Part shown: positions 1 to 10,405 of the stretch, piece by piece
Layout of the letters: each line of letters begins with the position of its first letter
Position numbering within the stretch: the stretch's first letter is position 1
From: a virus
Taxonomy: Duplodnaviria > Heunggongvirae > Uroviricota > Caudoviricetes
Virus record (IMG/VR): IMGVR_UViG_2778261179_000020
Length of the DNA stretch: 23,195 nucleotides
Direction: 5' to 3' (one strand)
Made by a program: the position numbers and the translations under genes
The notes under the pieces: generated by a model
The model's database searches: none
Seen by the model: the letters and a program-made list of their open reading frames with translations, nothing else
What the model was told of the DNA's origin: nothing

Positions 1-864
1 ATGAACAATTCTGAAGGTTTGAAGTCGTTTCAGCAATCGCTTGCTGGCCTGCCACAGTGGGTGTCTGAACGTATATTGCAGCAGATAAATCAGTTAACCC
101 ATTACGAGCCAGTAATCGGCATTATGGGTAAGAGCGGTGCCGGTAAATCCTCACTCTGCAATGCCCTGTTTGCCAGTGAGGTATCACCGGTCAGCGATGT
201 CGCGGCCTGTACACGTGAGCCACTGCGCTTTCGACTGCAGGTTGGCGACTGCTATATGACGCTGATGGATCTACCCGGCGTGGGCGAAAGTAGCACGCGC
301 GATACCGAGTATGCTGCGCTGTACCGAGAGCAGCTTTCTCGCCTCGACCTGGTACTGTGGCTGATTAAGGCTGATGACCGGGCACTGGCAGTGGATGAGC
401 ACTTTTATCATCAGGTGATTGGGGAGGCATACCGGCATAAAGTGCTGTTTGTTATAAGCCAGTCGGACAAGGCCGAACCCACCAGCGGTGGGGGACCGTT
501 GTCCACCGCGCAGAAGCAGAATATCAGCCGCAAAATCTGCCTGCTGCATGAGCTGTTCCAGCCCGTACATCCGGTGTGTGCTGTGTCGGTCCGTCTACAA
601 TGGGGGCTTAGGGTGATGGCCGAGCGGATGATTAAGTGCCTGCCACGTGAGGCCACCAGCCCGGTGGTGTCGCAACTCCAGCCTTCCTTTCGCACGACGG
701 TAGTCCGGGAACAGGCTCGAAGCGATTTTGGTGAAACCGTCGGTGCTCTACTCGATAGCATCAGTGCCTTTCCTCTGATACCCACACCTGTGCGGGCCGT
801 CATTCAGGCCGTGCGCACCACCGTGGTCTCTGTGGCCCGCGCCGTCTGGGATTTCTTCTTCTGA
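1..864 (+). CDS. P-loop GTPase, YkfA/YfjP/YeeP family
   Basis: 287-aa ORF with ATG at position 1; Walker A GIMGKSGAGKSS and downstream DLPG motif. Length matches recollection of K-12 YfjP/YkfA. Confidence 0.85.
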   Translation: MNNSEGLKSFQQSLAGLPQWVSERILQQINQLTHYEPVIGIMGKSGAGKSSLCNALFASEVSPVSDVAACTREPLRFRLQVGDCYMTLMDLPGVGESSTRDTEYAALYREQLSRLDLVLWLIKADDRALAVDEHFYHQVIGEAYRHKVLFVISQSDKAEPTSGGGPLSTAQKQNISRKICLLHELFQPVHPVCAVSVRLQWGLRVMAERMIKCLPREATSPVVSQLQPSFRTTVVREQARSDFGETVGALLDSISAFPLIPTPVRAVIQAVRTTVVSVARAVWDFFF

Positions 865-898
865 GTATTTAATCCATCCCTGTTATTTCCCTGACCCT

Positions 899-930
899 GT
901 CGCCGATGCGACGGGGATCCCCTTTATTTG
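899..930 (+). terminator. Putative intrinsic terminator after the GTPase gene
   Basis: Hairpin GTCGC-cgat-GCGAC followed by palindrome GGGGATCCCC and a T-rich tract TTTATTTGTTTT. Confidence 0.3.
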
Positions 931-955
931 TTTTCCCGTTATGAGGAGTCTGCTT

Positions 956-1777
956 ATGACCCGTCTGGCTTCGCGCTTTGGCGCAGCAAACCTTATCCGT
1001 CGCGACCGTCCGTTAACCCGTGAAGAGCTGTTTCGCGTAGTGCCCAGTGTGTTCAGTGAGGACAAACACGAGTCCCGTAGTGAGCGTTATACCTATATAC
1101 CCACCATCTCCCTGCTCGACAGCCTGCAGCGAGAAGGCTTCCAGCCATTCTTTGCCTGTCAGACCCGCGTGCGTGACCCGGGTCGTCGTGAACATACAAA
1201 GCATATGCTGCGTCTGCGGCGGGAAGGGCAGATCACCGGTATACAGGTGCCGGAAATTATTCTACTCAACTCTCACGATGGAACCAGTTCGTATCAGATG
1301 TTGCCGGGACTATTTCGTGCGGTTTGTCAGAACGGGCTCGTCTGCGGTGAGTCGTTTGGCGAGGTGCGGGTGCCACACAAGGGGGACGTGGTGAGTCAGG
1401 TGATTGAAGGCGCGTATGAGGTGCTGGGGATTTTTGACCGGGTGGAGGAGAAACGGGATGCCATGCAGTCGTTGCTGTTGCCACCCCCGGCACAGCAGGC
1501 ACTGGCAAAAGCCGCCCTCACATACCGCTTTGGTGAAGACCACCAGCCGGTGACTGAATCGCAGATCCTCTCCCCTCGCCGCTGGCAGGATGAGAGCAAT
1601 GACCTGTGGACCACGTACCAGCGGATTCAGGAAAACCTGATTAAGGGCGGACTCAGCGGGCGTAATGTTAAAGGCGAACGAACGCATACTCGTGCCGTGC
1701 GTGGCATTGACGGGGACGTGAAGCTTAACCGTGCGCTGTGGGTGATGGCTGAAACACTGCTCACACAACTGCATTAG
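956..1777 (+). CDS. DUF932 family protein, YafZ/YfjQ-like
   Basis: ORF 941..1777; the internal ATG at 956 has AGGAG 7 nt upstream and gives 273 aa, matching the recalled length of this family. Confidence 0.75.
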   Translation: MTRLASRFGAANLIRRDRPLTREELFRVVPSVFSEDKHESRSERYTYIPTISLLDSLQREGFQPFFACQTRVRDPGRREHTKHMLRLRREGQITGIQVPEIILLNSHDGTSSYQMLPGLFRAVCQNGLVCGESFGEVRVPHKGDVVSQVIEGAYEVLGIFDRVEEKRDAMQSLLLPPPAQQALAKAALTYRFGEDHQPVTESQILSPRRWQDESNDLWTTYQRIQENLIKGGLSGRNVKGERTHTRAVRGIDGDVKLNRALWVMAETLLTQLH

Positions 1778-1993
1778 ACGTTTTATGTTGCCACATTGTT
1801 ATTATCGGACACCACCTGTCCGAATTGCTACGTGCTCGTGTGCCTCAATCTCCCGGTAATAGCCTGTAACCCCCGTTACATCTGGCTTTTGTAGAAATAA
1901 AAAATAGTTTCTGCGTTGTCCATACCCTGTCCGCCCCCCTGTTTAAAGTAATCACATCATTTTCAGTCAGTTAACTTTCCTGGAGAACCTCTC

Positions 1994-2695
1994 ATGACAC
2001 AGGCAGAACGCCGCCATGACCGGCTGGCTGTCAGGCTGTCACTGATAATCAGCCGTCTGGTTGCGGGTGAAACGTTGAGCGTGCGCAAACTGGCGGCTGA
2101 GTTTGGCGTGTCGGTGCGCACGCTGCGGCGTGATTTTCGTGAGCGGCTGATGTATCTGGACCTGGAGTATCAGTCCGGATATTGCCGCTTACGCACAGCG
2201 GGCAGTGAGACGCAGATGGTGCCCGACGTGCTTATCTTTGCCCATCGCAGCGGGATGGCCGGTCTTTTTCCTGGCTTTGACCGCCGTCTGGTGAACGCAC
2301 TGCTGATGTGCGATGAGTCTCCCTGCGTTATAGCACCCGCCAATCCGGTTCCTTCGCCTTCAGGAGCATTGTCTTTCTGGAGACTGATTCAGGCCATTAC
2401 CGGGCGCAGGCGGGTAACGCTGATTGCCGAGGAGCAGCGCTGTGAGCGGCTGGCTCCCTGTCGGTTACTCATCCACCAGCAGGCCTGGTATCTGGTGGCA
2501 GAGCACGACGGACATATCGCCGTATTCACCCTGGATGAAATCCATCTGGTTCAGCCCCTGCAGGAGACTTTCCGGCGTAACGACAGTCTGTGTCGTCTTG
2601 TTGAAGACCCGGGCTTTATTCAGTCCTTACCCCATTTTCGCTTTATCCAGCAGTCATTGCTTACATTTGTTCCGGCTGACAGCCCACCGGAATAG
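1994..2695 (+). CDS. HTH transcriptional regulator, DeoR/WYL-type (YfjR-like)
   Basis: 233-aa ORF; N-terminal HTH-like segment [21 protein letters not shown]; GGAGAA upstream of the ATG. Confidence 0.7.
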   Translation: MTQAERRHDRLAVRLSLIISRLVAGETLSVRKLAAEFGVSVRTLRRDFRERLMYLDLEYQSGYCRLRTAGSETQMVPDVLIFAHRSGMAGLFPGFDRRLVNALLMCDESPCVIAPANPVPSPSGALSFWRLIQAITGRRRVTLIAEEQRCERLAPCRLLIHQQAWYLVAEHDGHIAVFTLDEIHLVQPLQETFRRNDSLCRLVEDPGFIQSLPHFRFIQQSLLTFVPADSPPE

Positions 2696-2735
2696 CGCAG
2701 GCATTGTTATCAACCCGGCAACAGGGAGGAGCCCT

Positions 2736-2885
2736 ATGCCCGTTATTGCCATTATCGCCATTGTTGTCATCGTCATCATTCTGAACAAAACCGGGGTGTC
2801 CGACAGTCTCGCGGCCCTGACCCTTGCCACTGTTGCCGCACTGCTGACGGGAGGTGCGCAGCCGGTGCTGCCAGTGTCGCGCTGA
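2736..2885 (+). CDS. Small hydrophobic membrane protein (YpjK-like), apparently frameshifted
   Basis: ATG at 2736 with strong SD AGGGAGGA; MPVIAIIAIVVIVIILNK transmembrane segment; stop at 2883-2885. A second hydrophobic segment continues in another frame to 2971. Confidence 0.4.
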   Translation: MPVIAIIAIVVIVIILNKTGVSDSLAALTLATVAALLTGGAQPVLPVSR

Positions 2886-2970
2886 CACCGTTCGTCGGCG
2901 TGCCGGTGGGTATTTTCGTCGGCATTTATGTCTTTGCCAAAGTGGTACGTCTGATTTCAGGGAAAAAATA

Positions 2971-3414
2971 ATGAAATGTAAAACACTACCTCTGCTGGCG
3001 ATGGTTGCCACCACTCTGTTTCTGAGCGCCTGCGATGACAGGAGTGATGACCTGAAAGCTATCAGTAAATTTAAGGACCTCACGCCTCCGCGCTTCAGCG
3101 ATGTGGTCAGTCGGCAGGATGATGTCAGCGAAGAATGGTCACAGGTTGGCTTTTCATCAGGTCTCACCCTGCAGGTCTTACGTACCCGTGAGTCGCCCGA
3201 TGGCTGCGAGGGCGGTAGTTACTACTACCTCGTGGATATGCAAGAAAAAACCATCCAGCCGCTGATGAATGCGCTGTGTATTGCCGATAACATCAAACTG
3301 GAATACCAGGAGGTGACGGACCCGTATACCAAAGAAAAATACTTTGAGTACGCCCATGACGGCAAACTGATGGGGCAGCTACTGATACCCTCGAACCCTG
3401 ACAATCAGGAATAA
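2971..3414 (+). CDS. Lipoprotein (YafY/YfjS-like)
   Basis: 147 aa from ATG 2971; signal peptide with lipobox LSAC (MKCKTLPLLAMVATTLFLSACDD). The track ORF 2854..3414 has a non-native N-terminal extension. Confidence 0.7.
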   Translation: MKCKTLPLLAMVATTLFLSACDDRSDDLKAISKFKDLTPPRFSDVVSRQDDVSEEWSQVGFSSGLTLQVLRTRESPDGCEGGSYYYLVDMQEKTIQPLMNALCIADNIKLEYQEVTDPYTKEKYFEYAHDGKLMGQLLIPSNPDNQE

Positions 3415-3436
3415 AACAACGACAAAGGAGACAAGA

Positions 3437-3904
3437 ATGACAATACTTTCACTAAGTCGGTTTATGCTGGCGGGTGTACTGCTCGCGAGCTTTAATGCCT
3501 CTGCTATCCCGGGGTTCTGGCAGCAGGGTTACGGTCAGGGCAATACGGAATACAGCGTGACCGAAGCCAGCGGAAAGACGTTTACCATCAACTGCACAGG
3601 GAACCCGGACCAGAATGGTTTCTATCAGCATTCAGTCTTTCTTACCCTTGCCGATGACAAGATGGTCAGTTCGCACGATGACGACACTACTATCACCGTA
3701 GTGATGGATCACCAGCAGTACATTATTCCGTCCAGCCTGGGCTGGCGTAACGGCGATAACGCCTGGTTTGACTTCATCAGCAATATCTCTGAGGCCGGGC
3801 AGTTCGACGTCTACGTCAATGACCACAAAGCAGGGACCTTCACTGCGGACCGGAAGAACACTGAGAAAGTTCTGTCCACTCTCGGAGACTGCAGCAACGA
3901 CTGA
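3437..3904 (+). CDS. Secreted protein with signal peptide (YkfB/YfjT-like)
   Basis: 155-aa ORF; N-terminal hydrophobic signal [23 protein letters not shown]; AAAGGAGA upstream. Confidence 0.65.
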   Translation: MTILSLSRFMLAGVLLASFNASAIPGFWQQGYGQGNTEYSVTEASGKTFTINCTGNPDQNGFYQHSVFLTLADDKMVSSHDDDTTITVVMDHQQYIIPSSLGWRNGDNAWFDFISNISEAGQFDVYVNDHKAGTFTADRKNTEKVLSTLGDCSND

Positions 3905-3980
3905 TAGTAGTATCTTCCCCAGCAAATCCACCCCGACAGCTAGCAGGCTGCCGGGGTTTTCTTTTATCAGGAGCCCGAAA

Positions 3981-4220
3981 ATGACCCAATCCGTGTTGCT
4001 GCCACCGGGGCCTTTCACCCGGAGACAAGCGCAAGCGGTCACTACCACGTACAGCAATATCACACTCGAAGACGACCAGGGCAGTCACTTCCGTCTGGTG
4101 GTTCGTGATACTGAAGGCCGGATGGTCTGGCGGGCATGGAACTTTGAGCCGGATGCCGGTGAAGGTCTTAACCGCTATATCCGCACCTCAGGCATCCGTA
4201 CAGACACGGCCACCCGCTGA
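3981..4220 (+). CDS. DUF905 family small protein (YkfF-like)
   Basis: 79-aa ORF from the internal ATG of track ORF 3768..4220, with AGGAG upstream; size and position match this family in CP4-type modules. Confidence 0.55.
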   Translation: MTQSVLLPPGPFTRRQAQAVTTTYSNITLEDDQGSHFRLVVRDTEGRMVWRAWNFEPDAGEGLNRYIRTSGIRTDTATR

Positions 4221-4273
4221 TCGCGAAGCATTTACCCGCATTCACCTCCCCGAACACACTTTATATCCCCATA

Positions 4274-4300
4274 CGCCAGCCATCGCCGCTGGCGTTTTTA
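4274..4300 (+). terminator. Putative intrinsic terminator or attenuator
   Basis: 7-bp stem CGCCAGC / GCTGGCG with 7-nt loop, followed by TTTTTA. Confidence 0.35.
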
Positions 4301-4317
4301 TTGACGGAGACATACCC

Positions 4318-4776
4318 ATGACAACACAGACGCAGCACGACCTCGCACCCGCTAACCAACCCGAATTTGAACTGACCGTCACGCCGGTCCCCGATGAACA
4401 GCGTATCGATTTCTGGCCACAGTACTTTGGCGCTATCCCGCAGTGGCTACTCCTGGAGCCGCATATCTTCGCCTGGATGGATCGCTTCTGTGAGGGCTAC
4501 AGCGGTGGTATCTGGTCGTTCTACACCCTCAGCAATGGCGGCGCATTTATGTCCCCCGAGCCTGACAACGATGAGACATGGCGTCTGTTTAACTGCCTGA
4601 ACGGTAACGATGCCCAAATGAGTGCAGAAGCAGCAGGTATTGCTGTCTGCCTGATTGCGTATAGCCACCATGCCTGCCGTACAGAATGTGACGCGATGAC
4701 CGCACACTATTACCGCCTGCGGGAGTATGCCATGCAACATCCAGAGGCTCACGCCATTCTGCGTATTATCGACTGA
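4318..4776 (+). CDS. Antirestriction protein, ArdB/KlcA family (YafX/YfjX-like)
   Basis: 152 aa from internal ATG 4318 with GACGGAGA upstream; sequence recognised as the KlcA/ArdB-like protein that precedes RadC in CP4 modules. Confidence 0.8.
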   Translation: MTTQTQHDLAPANQPEFELTVTPVPDEQRIDFWPQYFGAIPQWLLLEPHIFAWMDRFCEGYSGGIWSFYTLSNGGAFMSPEPDNDETWRLFNCLNGNDAQMSAEAAGIAVCLIAYSHHACRTECDAMTAHYYRLREYAMQHPEAHAILRIID

Positions 4777-4791
4777 CCGAAGGAGCAACAG

Positions 4792-5268
4792 ATGAAACAG
4801 CTTTCCTTTTTACCCGGCGAGATGACGCCACAGGACCGGCGTCTCATTCAGCGGGCGCTCAGGGCTCTGGACCGCCACCTGCATGAGCCCGGCGTAGCCT
4901 TCACCTCTACCCACGCCGTACGTGAATGGCTGCGACTGCATATGGCCGCGCTTGAACGGGAAGAGTTCCGGGTGTTGTATCTGGACAACCAGAATCAGTT
5001 GATTGCCCATGAAACGCTCTTCACCGGCACGATTAACCGCACCGAGGTGCATCCCCGGGAGGTGGTCAAACGTGCTCTGCACTTCAACGCGGCGGCGGTG
5101 ATACTCGCGCATAACCATCCTTCCGGCGAGACGACACCTAGCCAGGCCGACAAAACCCTCACGCAGCGACTGGTTCAGGTGCTTCAGCTGGTGGATATCC
5201 GTGTCCCTGACCATCTGATTGTCGGTGGCAGGCAAATCTATTCGTTCGCAGAACACGGTCTGCTTTGA
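4792..5268 (+). CDS. RadC-like JAB/MPN domain protein (YkfG/YfjY/YeeS-like)
   Basis: 158-aa ORF; JAMM-type motif HNHPSG; GGAG SD upstream. Confidence 0.85.
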   Translation: MKQLSFLPGEMTPQDRRLIQRALRALDRHLHEPGVAFTSTHAVREWLRLHMAALEREEFRVLYLDNQNQLIAHETLFTGTINRTEVHPREVVKRALHFNAAAVILAHNHPSGETTPSQADKTLTQRLVQVLQLVDIRVPDHLIVGGRQIYSFAEHGLL

Positions 5269-5276
5269 GGTATTAC

Positions 5277-5498
5277 ATGAAAATTATCAGTAAACGCAGG
5301 GCAATGACGATATACCGCCAGCATCCTGAGTCCCGAATCTTTCGCTACTGCACCGGCAAATACCAGTGGCACGGTAGCGTCTGTCATTACACCGGCAGGG
5401 ACGTTCCGGATATCGCCGGAGTCCTCGCGGTATACGCCGAACGCCGCCAGGACCGCAATGGGCCCTATACCTGCCTGATGAGCATCACCCTGAACTGA
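5277..5498 (+). CDS. DUF987 family protein (YkfH/YeeT-like)
   Basis: 73 aa from the internal ATG (MKIISKRRAMTIYRQHPESRIF...); conserved position between the RadC-like gene and the antitoxin. Confidence 0.65.
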   Translation: MKIISKRRAMTIYRQHPESRIFRYCTGKYQWHGSVCHYTGRDVPDIAGVLAVYAERRQDRNGPYTCLMSITLN

Positions 5499-5516
5499 CA
5501 ATAGTGGAGAACTGTA

Positions 5517-6196
<680 letters not shown>

Positions 6197-6261
6197 ACAT
6201 TGCGTACAACCTTCCCGATTTACATTTCTGAACTTCCTCCCTTGTTTACCTATTGCGTAAT

Positions 6262-6297
6262 GCGCCTGCTACTACCCGGCAGGCGCGTTATCTTTTT
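6262..6297 (+). terminator. Putative rho-independent terminator after the toxin gene
   Basis: Stem GCGCCTGC / GCAGGCGC with 9-nt loop, then GTTATCTTTTT. Confidence 0.5.
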
Positions 6298-6957
6298 ACG
6301 GACAAACAATCATGCAACCAGAAGTTGAAGTATTAACCGATCATAATGAGCTAATTTGTTCGAGCTTTATTGAACACATTGCCAACACATTAAATTTAGG
6401 AGTGGTGTACAACTAAACCTGCAGCCAAGGATGTATAGTGAGCGAAGCCCTATCAGGCCTTTTTGGTCAGTAGATAAGATTGATCTTCGTTGATAGAATT
6501 TACTTACACCAGCTGTTACATTAAGATAATTTTTTGGTGGGAGAATGATAAGATCTTACGTAACAATTTGATTTTAATGGTGCGATAATAGGAGAAAAAC
6601 ACACATCATAAATGCATGATATTTAACCGAATTTACCTATTCCATTTTTACAGATACCCCCAAAAGTACCCCCAACAAATTTTCTATACCATGATTTGTG
6701 CAAAAAATTGACTCTCCTGTACTCCCCTATTTTGTGCCCTATTGCCGATGCTACAACTAATGATATAAGTTATTGAAGCAACCTGAGTCCATTACGATAA
6801 AAATGATATAAGAAAAGAGTATAATAGTTCAACGTATTTACTATGATAAATGAAGTCGATGTGGCAGTGAAGCTCTGGAATATATTAATAATTTTAAGGG
6901 TTGTCATTAGATAACCCCAATTAAAATTGCTTACAACTGGAGTTATCTAACTTTCAC

Positions 6958-7719
6958 TCACTGAATAGTCTCATTATCTTCAGGCTTAGTTATTTCATCT
7001 TCTAATTTATCCAACCACGTTATAGCACATTGATTCAAATCGATGATCAGATTTTCCACATACACAATTATTGAATTAAATTTCCTAGGGTTAACACTAC
7101 TTTTAAACTCCCCATGTCCCAAAGAATTTCTAAGGCCAACAACCTCACCTAGTTGCGATAAATCAAGTGATGAATAATCCAAACCTATAGCATCGAAATT
7201 CACCTTGACAACCATTTCATTCACATTGGAAAATGTCATAACTAATTCAGAAACATCGCAATCTGATAATGTGGATTTATTAAACCTGTCAATGTGTTGA
7301 ATTACCTCACTTGTTAGTTTAAACGCCCCCTTCGTAACTTTCTTTTTTATTTGGGCGCCATTATGGACAATGCTTCGGTGTGAGTCAGCATCATAAATAT
7401 TTTTTATCATATCTACATACTTGCTATAAAATGGTTCTCGTTGCAACCAAAGTGCTCGAATTTCTGCAGAGTATCTAAATGCCTCTCTATCTGAGAGTTT
7501 CAATGTATTTAAGCAAACTGACATTGTTTCAGTAAAAAAACCCTCCCAAGAAGAATAAATCATTGGGACCGATATTATTCTAAACATATCCTCCTTGTCT
7601 TTATCACCTGATCTCGACATAAACTCATTAATAGACTTTATGCTCTCAAGGAATCCAAGACTTTCATTTTTCGTCTTTTCCAACATCACCTTGAAATCAT
7701 CGAAATCTGATATTCTCAT
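6958..7719 (-). CDS. HEPN-domain protein (putative RNase), third gene of the MTase-DUF262-HEPN operon
   Basis: 253 aa from ATG at 7719 (the track start at 7743 is TTG); AAGGTG upstream; C-terminal Rx4H motif in GLRNSLGHGEF; start lies 1 nt after the DUF262 stop; AT-rich. Confidence 0.55.
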   Translation of the reverse strand: MRISDFDDFKVMLEKTKNESLGFLESIKSINEFMSRSGDKDKEDMFRIISVPMIYSSWEGFFTETMSVCLNTLKLSDREAFRYSAEIRALWLQREPFYSKYVDMIKNIYDADSHRSIVHNGAQIKKKVTKGAFKLTSEVIQHIDRFNKSTLSDCDVSELVMTFSNVNEMVVKVNFDAIGLDYSSLDLSQLGEVVGLRNSLGHGEFKSSVNPRKFNSIIVYVENLIIDLNQCAITWLDKLEDEITKPEDNETIQ

Positions 7720-7720
7720 T

Positions 7721-8833
7721 TTATCCAAACACCTTCTTCCCAAGAGCGATTCTTTTCTCTAATTTGGCTTTAGTATTAGATCCAGAACCAGTACAAGCTC
7801 TTAATTCTTTGATCTCACCATCCATTAAATAATCAAATCTTTTCGCCACCTCAGCAGGTGTTAAATTATCTACATTACTAAAAATACCAACAGCAACAAC
7901 ATCTAATAAATTAGTACTAAACGGGCCACTTGGAGCACCATCCTTTCTAAATTTAAATGCTTTACCAGATAAACCAGCAATATTTATCAAATCAAAAGTT
8001 CTTTTTATTTTTAATTCAAAATTAATATCAATAACATTATGTTCTGCCGCGTAGAACATAAATTCATCCAAAAAGTCAGTTACACTATGGCTAAATTTAT
8101 CCGCATAAGTCAAAGATGCCATAACTCGTAGCAAAGCTTCCTCAACACCTTGAGATTTTTGGCCATCTTCATTTATTCCAAGAGCTTGAACAATACCATC
8201 AATTTCGGCCATCTTACGTAAGCGATCTGCAAATTCATTCCCTGCTAATCTAGCCATGCAATTACGTATTTCCTGGTCACTCAAACGAACACCAGACCTA
8301 TTCAGTCGTTTAAAAACATTATATTTAGTTTCAGGTTTTGTTTCTTGCTCCAAAATAACAACATTTACTCGCGCATTTTTTATAGTTCGGCTAACTTTGT
8401 CCGGCAATCCTTTTGCAGTCCATCCATTTAATTCTGTAATTATAGGCACATCATCAAGAACAGTTGGATTACGGACATCATTTACAGAGTTTTGTTTCTT
8501 TGCATTATCTATTTCTTCCTTATTAAAAATATCCTCTGAAAAAAATCTAATTATAGTACTCACACGTTGCAATCCATCGATAACCTCCTGCTTACCATTA
8601 TTATCAATGTAGAAAAAAAGTGTTGGCGTAGGTATATTTAAAAGTAATGACTCGATAAATTGGCTTTGTCTTGCGTTATCCCAACGAAAAAGCCTTTGGT
8701 AGTCTGGAGAAATGGTTATCTCATTTTCTTTATATAGATTAATTACTTCACGCCATGATATGGTATAAGAATCAGTTACTACCTCATCTCTTTTTTCATC
8801 TATCTGAGATAGCAATTTAGTTACGTCATTCAT
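7721..8833 (-). CDS. DUF262 (ParB/Srx-like NTPase) domain protein
   Basis: 370-aa ORF; hallmark motifs DYQRLFRW and IDGLQR (DGQQR-like) in the N-terminal half; its ATG overlaps the MTase stop (ATGA). Confidence 0.75.
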   Translation of the reverse strand: MNDVTKLLSQIDEKRDEVVTDSYTISWREVINLYKENEITISPDYQRLFRWDNARQSQFIESLLLNIPTPTLFFYIDNNGKQEVIDGLQRVSTIIRFFSEDIFNKEEIDNAKKQNSVNDVRNPTVLDDVPIITELNGWTAKGLPDKVSRTIKNARVNVVILEQETKPETKYNVFKRLNRSGVRLSDQEIRNCMARLAGNEFADRLRKMAEIDGIVQALGINEDGQKSQGVEEALLRVMASLTYADKFSHSVTDFLDEFMFYAAEHNVIDINFELKIKRTFDLINIAGLSGKAFKFRKDGAPSGPFSTNLLDVVAVGIFSNVDNLTPAEVAKRFDYLMDGEIKELRACTGSGSNTKAKLEKRIALGKKVFG

Positions 8834-10056
8834 TTTGTTATCCTTATGATTTTTTCAAAATAAACTTTATCTTTAATATAATTTTTTGACTTGGTATTTA
8901 TTTGTCCAAATATTGCTTTAACTTGATCTTCTCTCACACATTTCGCTTCTGAAAACCCAATAGAAAGCGCCATTTCACAATAAATATCATAAAGCGGAAT
9001 CTCTATTTCCTTATAATATGAATTTTGTATTACAAAATAACCAGAGCAACCTACCTTTAAAACTCTAAAGATTTCCATTAATGACTCATACGCATCAGAA
9101 AAATATCTAATTTTATTTTTAAGGTAATAACTTCCAGATGCTCTTGATGTATGCGATGTTACCGATGACAAAACATCCATACACAATGGCCCCCATTTTT
9201 TATTAATTTCATCCGCAACTTTAGGCACAGTCGTCGTGCCCATCATTTCCTTTCTAAGAGACTTATATCCCTCACTCCCTAAAATTATTTCCAACTCAAG
9301 ACGAGTAGAAACGGCATAGTCTATTCGTGTTAAATACGGTGGCGATGTAATAACAAGATCAATTGTGTTACTTTTAATATTTAATTTTTTACTATCCACG
9401 TTTAAAATCGAGTAACATGCCCCCCCATTAGCGCTGCCATAATATTCACTTAACTGCTCACGCATAATTTTAAAATTTTTATTATATTCAAAACAAATAT
9501 CAAATTTATTATTAAAGTCTACTTTTTTAGAAATCCATGTAGGATTTGAAGTTGACCTAACATCAAGGACATTGCGAACAGTATAAAATAAAACACTGCA
9601 ATAAAATGCTTTTAAAGGATTTACGATATCATTTTGTCCTTTATCCATAAACTGATCACAGATACATTTATAAAACTTTTGTAACTGTTCAATAAGTGGA
9701 TAGCCCTTCGATGACTCAGTTATATCTTTTGTTTTTTTTCTAAAGCAAAGCAGTATCCTTTCCAGGAGTTGCTCTCCGGTATAATCCAGCGCTGAAATAT
9801 TATCCCTACTTTTGGCTGCAGCAAAATAGCTCATTACAGGATTAATATCTGCTCCAATACACTTTATGGTTTGCTTTTGACAAACTATACCAGTGGTACC
9901 GCTTCCCATCCAAGGATCAAGAACGGTAGCGGACGACTTAACTCCTTCAGCCTGCAAAACAGAAGCCACAAATGACTCTGAATAGCCCGCATAGTATGGA
10001 TGCCAAGAGTGAAGCCCCTTGCGTTCGTTTCTCCCTCTTTTCGCGCCTGCAATCAT
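8830..10056 (-). CDS. DNA amino-methyltransferase (N6-adenine or N4-cytosine)
   Basis: 408-aa ORF; AdoMet motif I DPWMGSGTT near the N-terminus and catalytic motif IV SPPY (LVITSPPYLTRIDY) mid-protein. Confidence 0.85.
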   Translation of the reverse strand: MIAGAKRGRNERKGLHSWHPYYAGYSESFVASVLQAEGVKSSATVLDPWMGSGTTGIVCQKQTIKCIGADINPVMSYFAAAKSRDNISALDYTGEQLLERILLCFRKKTKDITESSKGYPLIEQLQKFYKCICDQFMDKGQNDIVNPLKAFYCSVLFYTVRNVLDVRSTSNPTWISKKVDFNNKFDICFEYNKNFKIMREQLSEYYGSANGGACYSILNVDSKKLNIKSNTIDLVITSPPYLTRIDYAVSTRLELEIILGSEGYKSLRKEMMGTTTVPKVADEINKKWGPLCMDVLSSVTSHTSRASGSYYLKNKIRYFSDAYESLMEIFRVLKVGCSGYFVIQNSYYKEIEIPLYDIYCEMALSIGFSEAKCVREDQVKAIFGQINTKSKNYIKDKVYFEKIIRITK

Positions 10057-10405
10057 CTTTAAATCACTTACCCAAAATTTTCAATTGAGGCTCATAATAC
10101 GGGGATCCGTATAAGCTCAAAATTTGCTCCTGAAGTTAACTGATTAGGATACTTGAAACACAGAGTCTTTCAATAATGATTAAGCAATCCTGCGTAAGTG
10201 CTCTCCTCAACATGCCTGCCTGCTTCACATGGTCAATTCTCCTGCATACGTATGGCAAAAAGCCTATCAGAATCGGCAGTTTTCAACATAAACTCCCACC
10301 AGCCACAGAACACAATATTACGACATAAAAAATATCAACCAATTAACGCATCGATAAGCTAGACGGCTAGCGAACTCAATTTTGAACTACCTTTTAAACA
10401 ACCCT

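Noticed and set aside
2854-3414. 186-aa ORF as the lipoprotein CDS
   Set aside because: The upstream 39 codons are a frame overlap with the preceding membrane-protein region; the native start is the ATG at 2971, which begins a canonical lipoprotein signal peptide.
6312-6413. 33-codon ORF (MQPEVEVLTDHNELICSSFIEHIANTLNLGVVYN) just after the toxin terminator
   Set aside because: Too short and lacking an SD; possibly a remnant of a downstream CP4 gene, but not supportable as a CDS.
6300-6957. tRNA gene or recognisable tRNA 3'-end fragment at the junction
   Set aside because: No GC-rich cloverleaf-like segment or GTTCGA(A/G)TCC...CCA motif was found by eye; att remnants may still be present but too degenerate to recognise without alignment.
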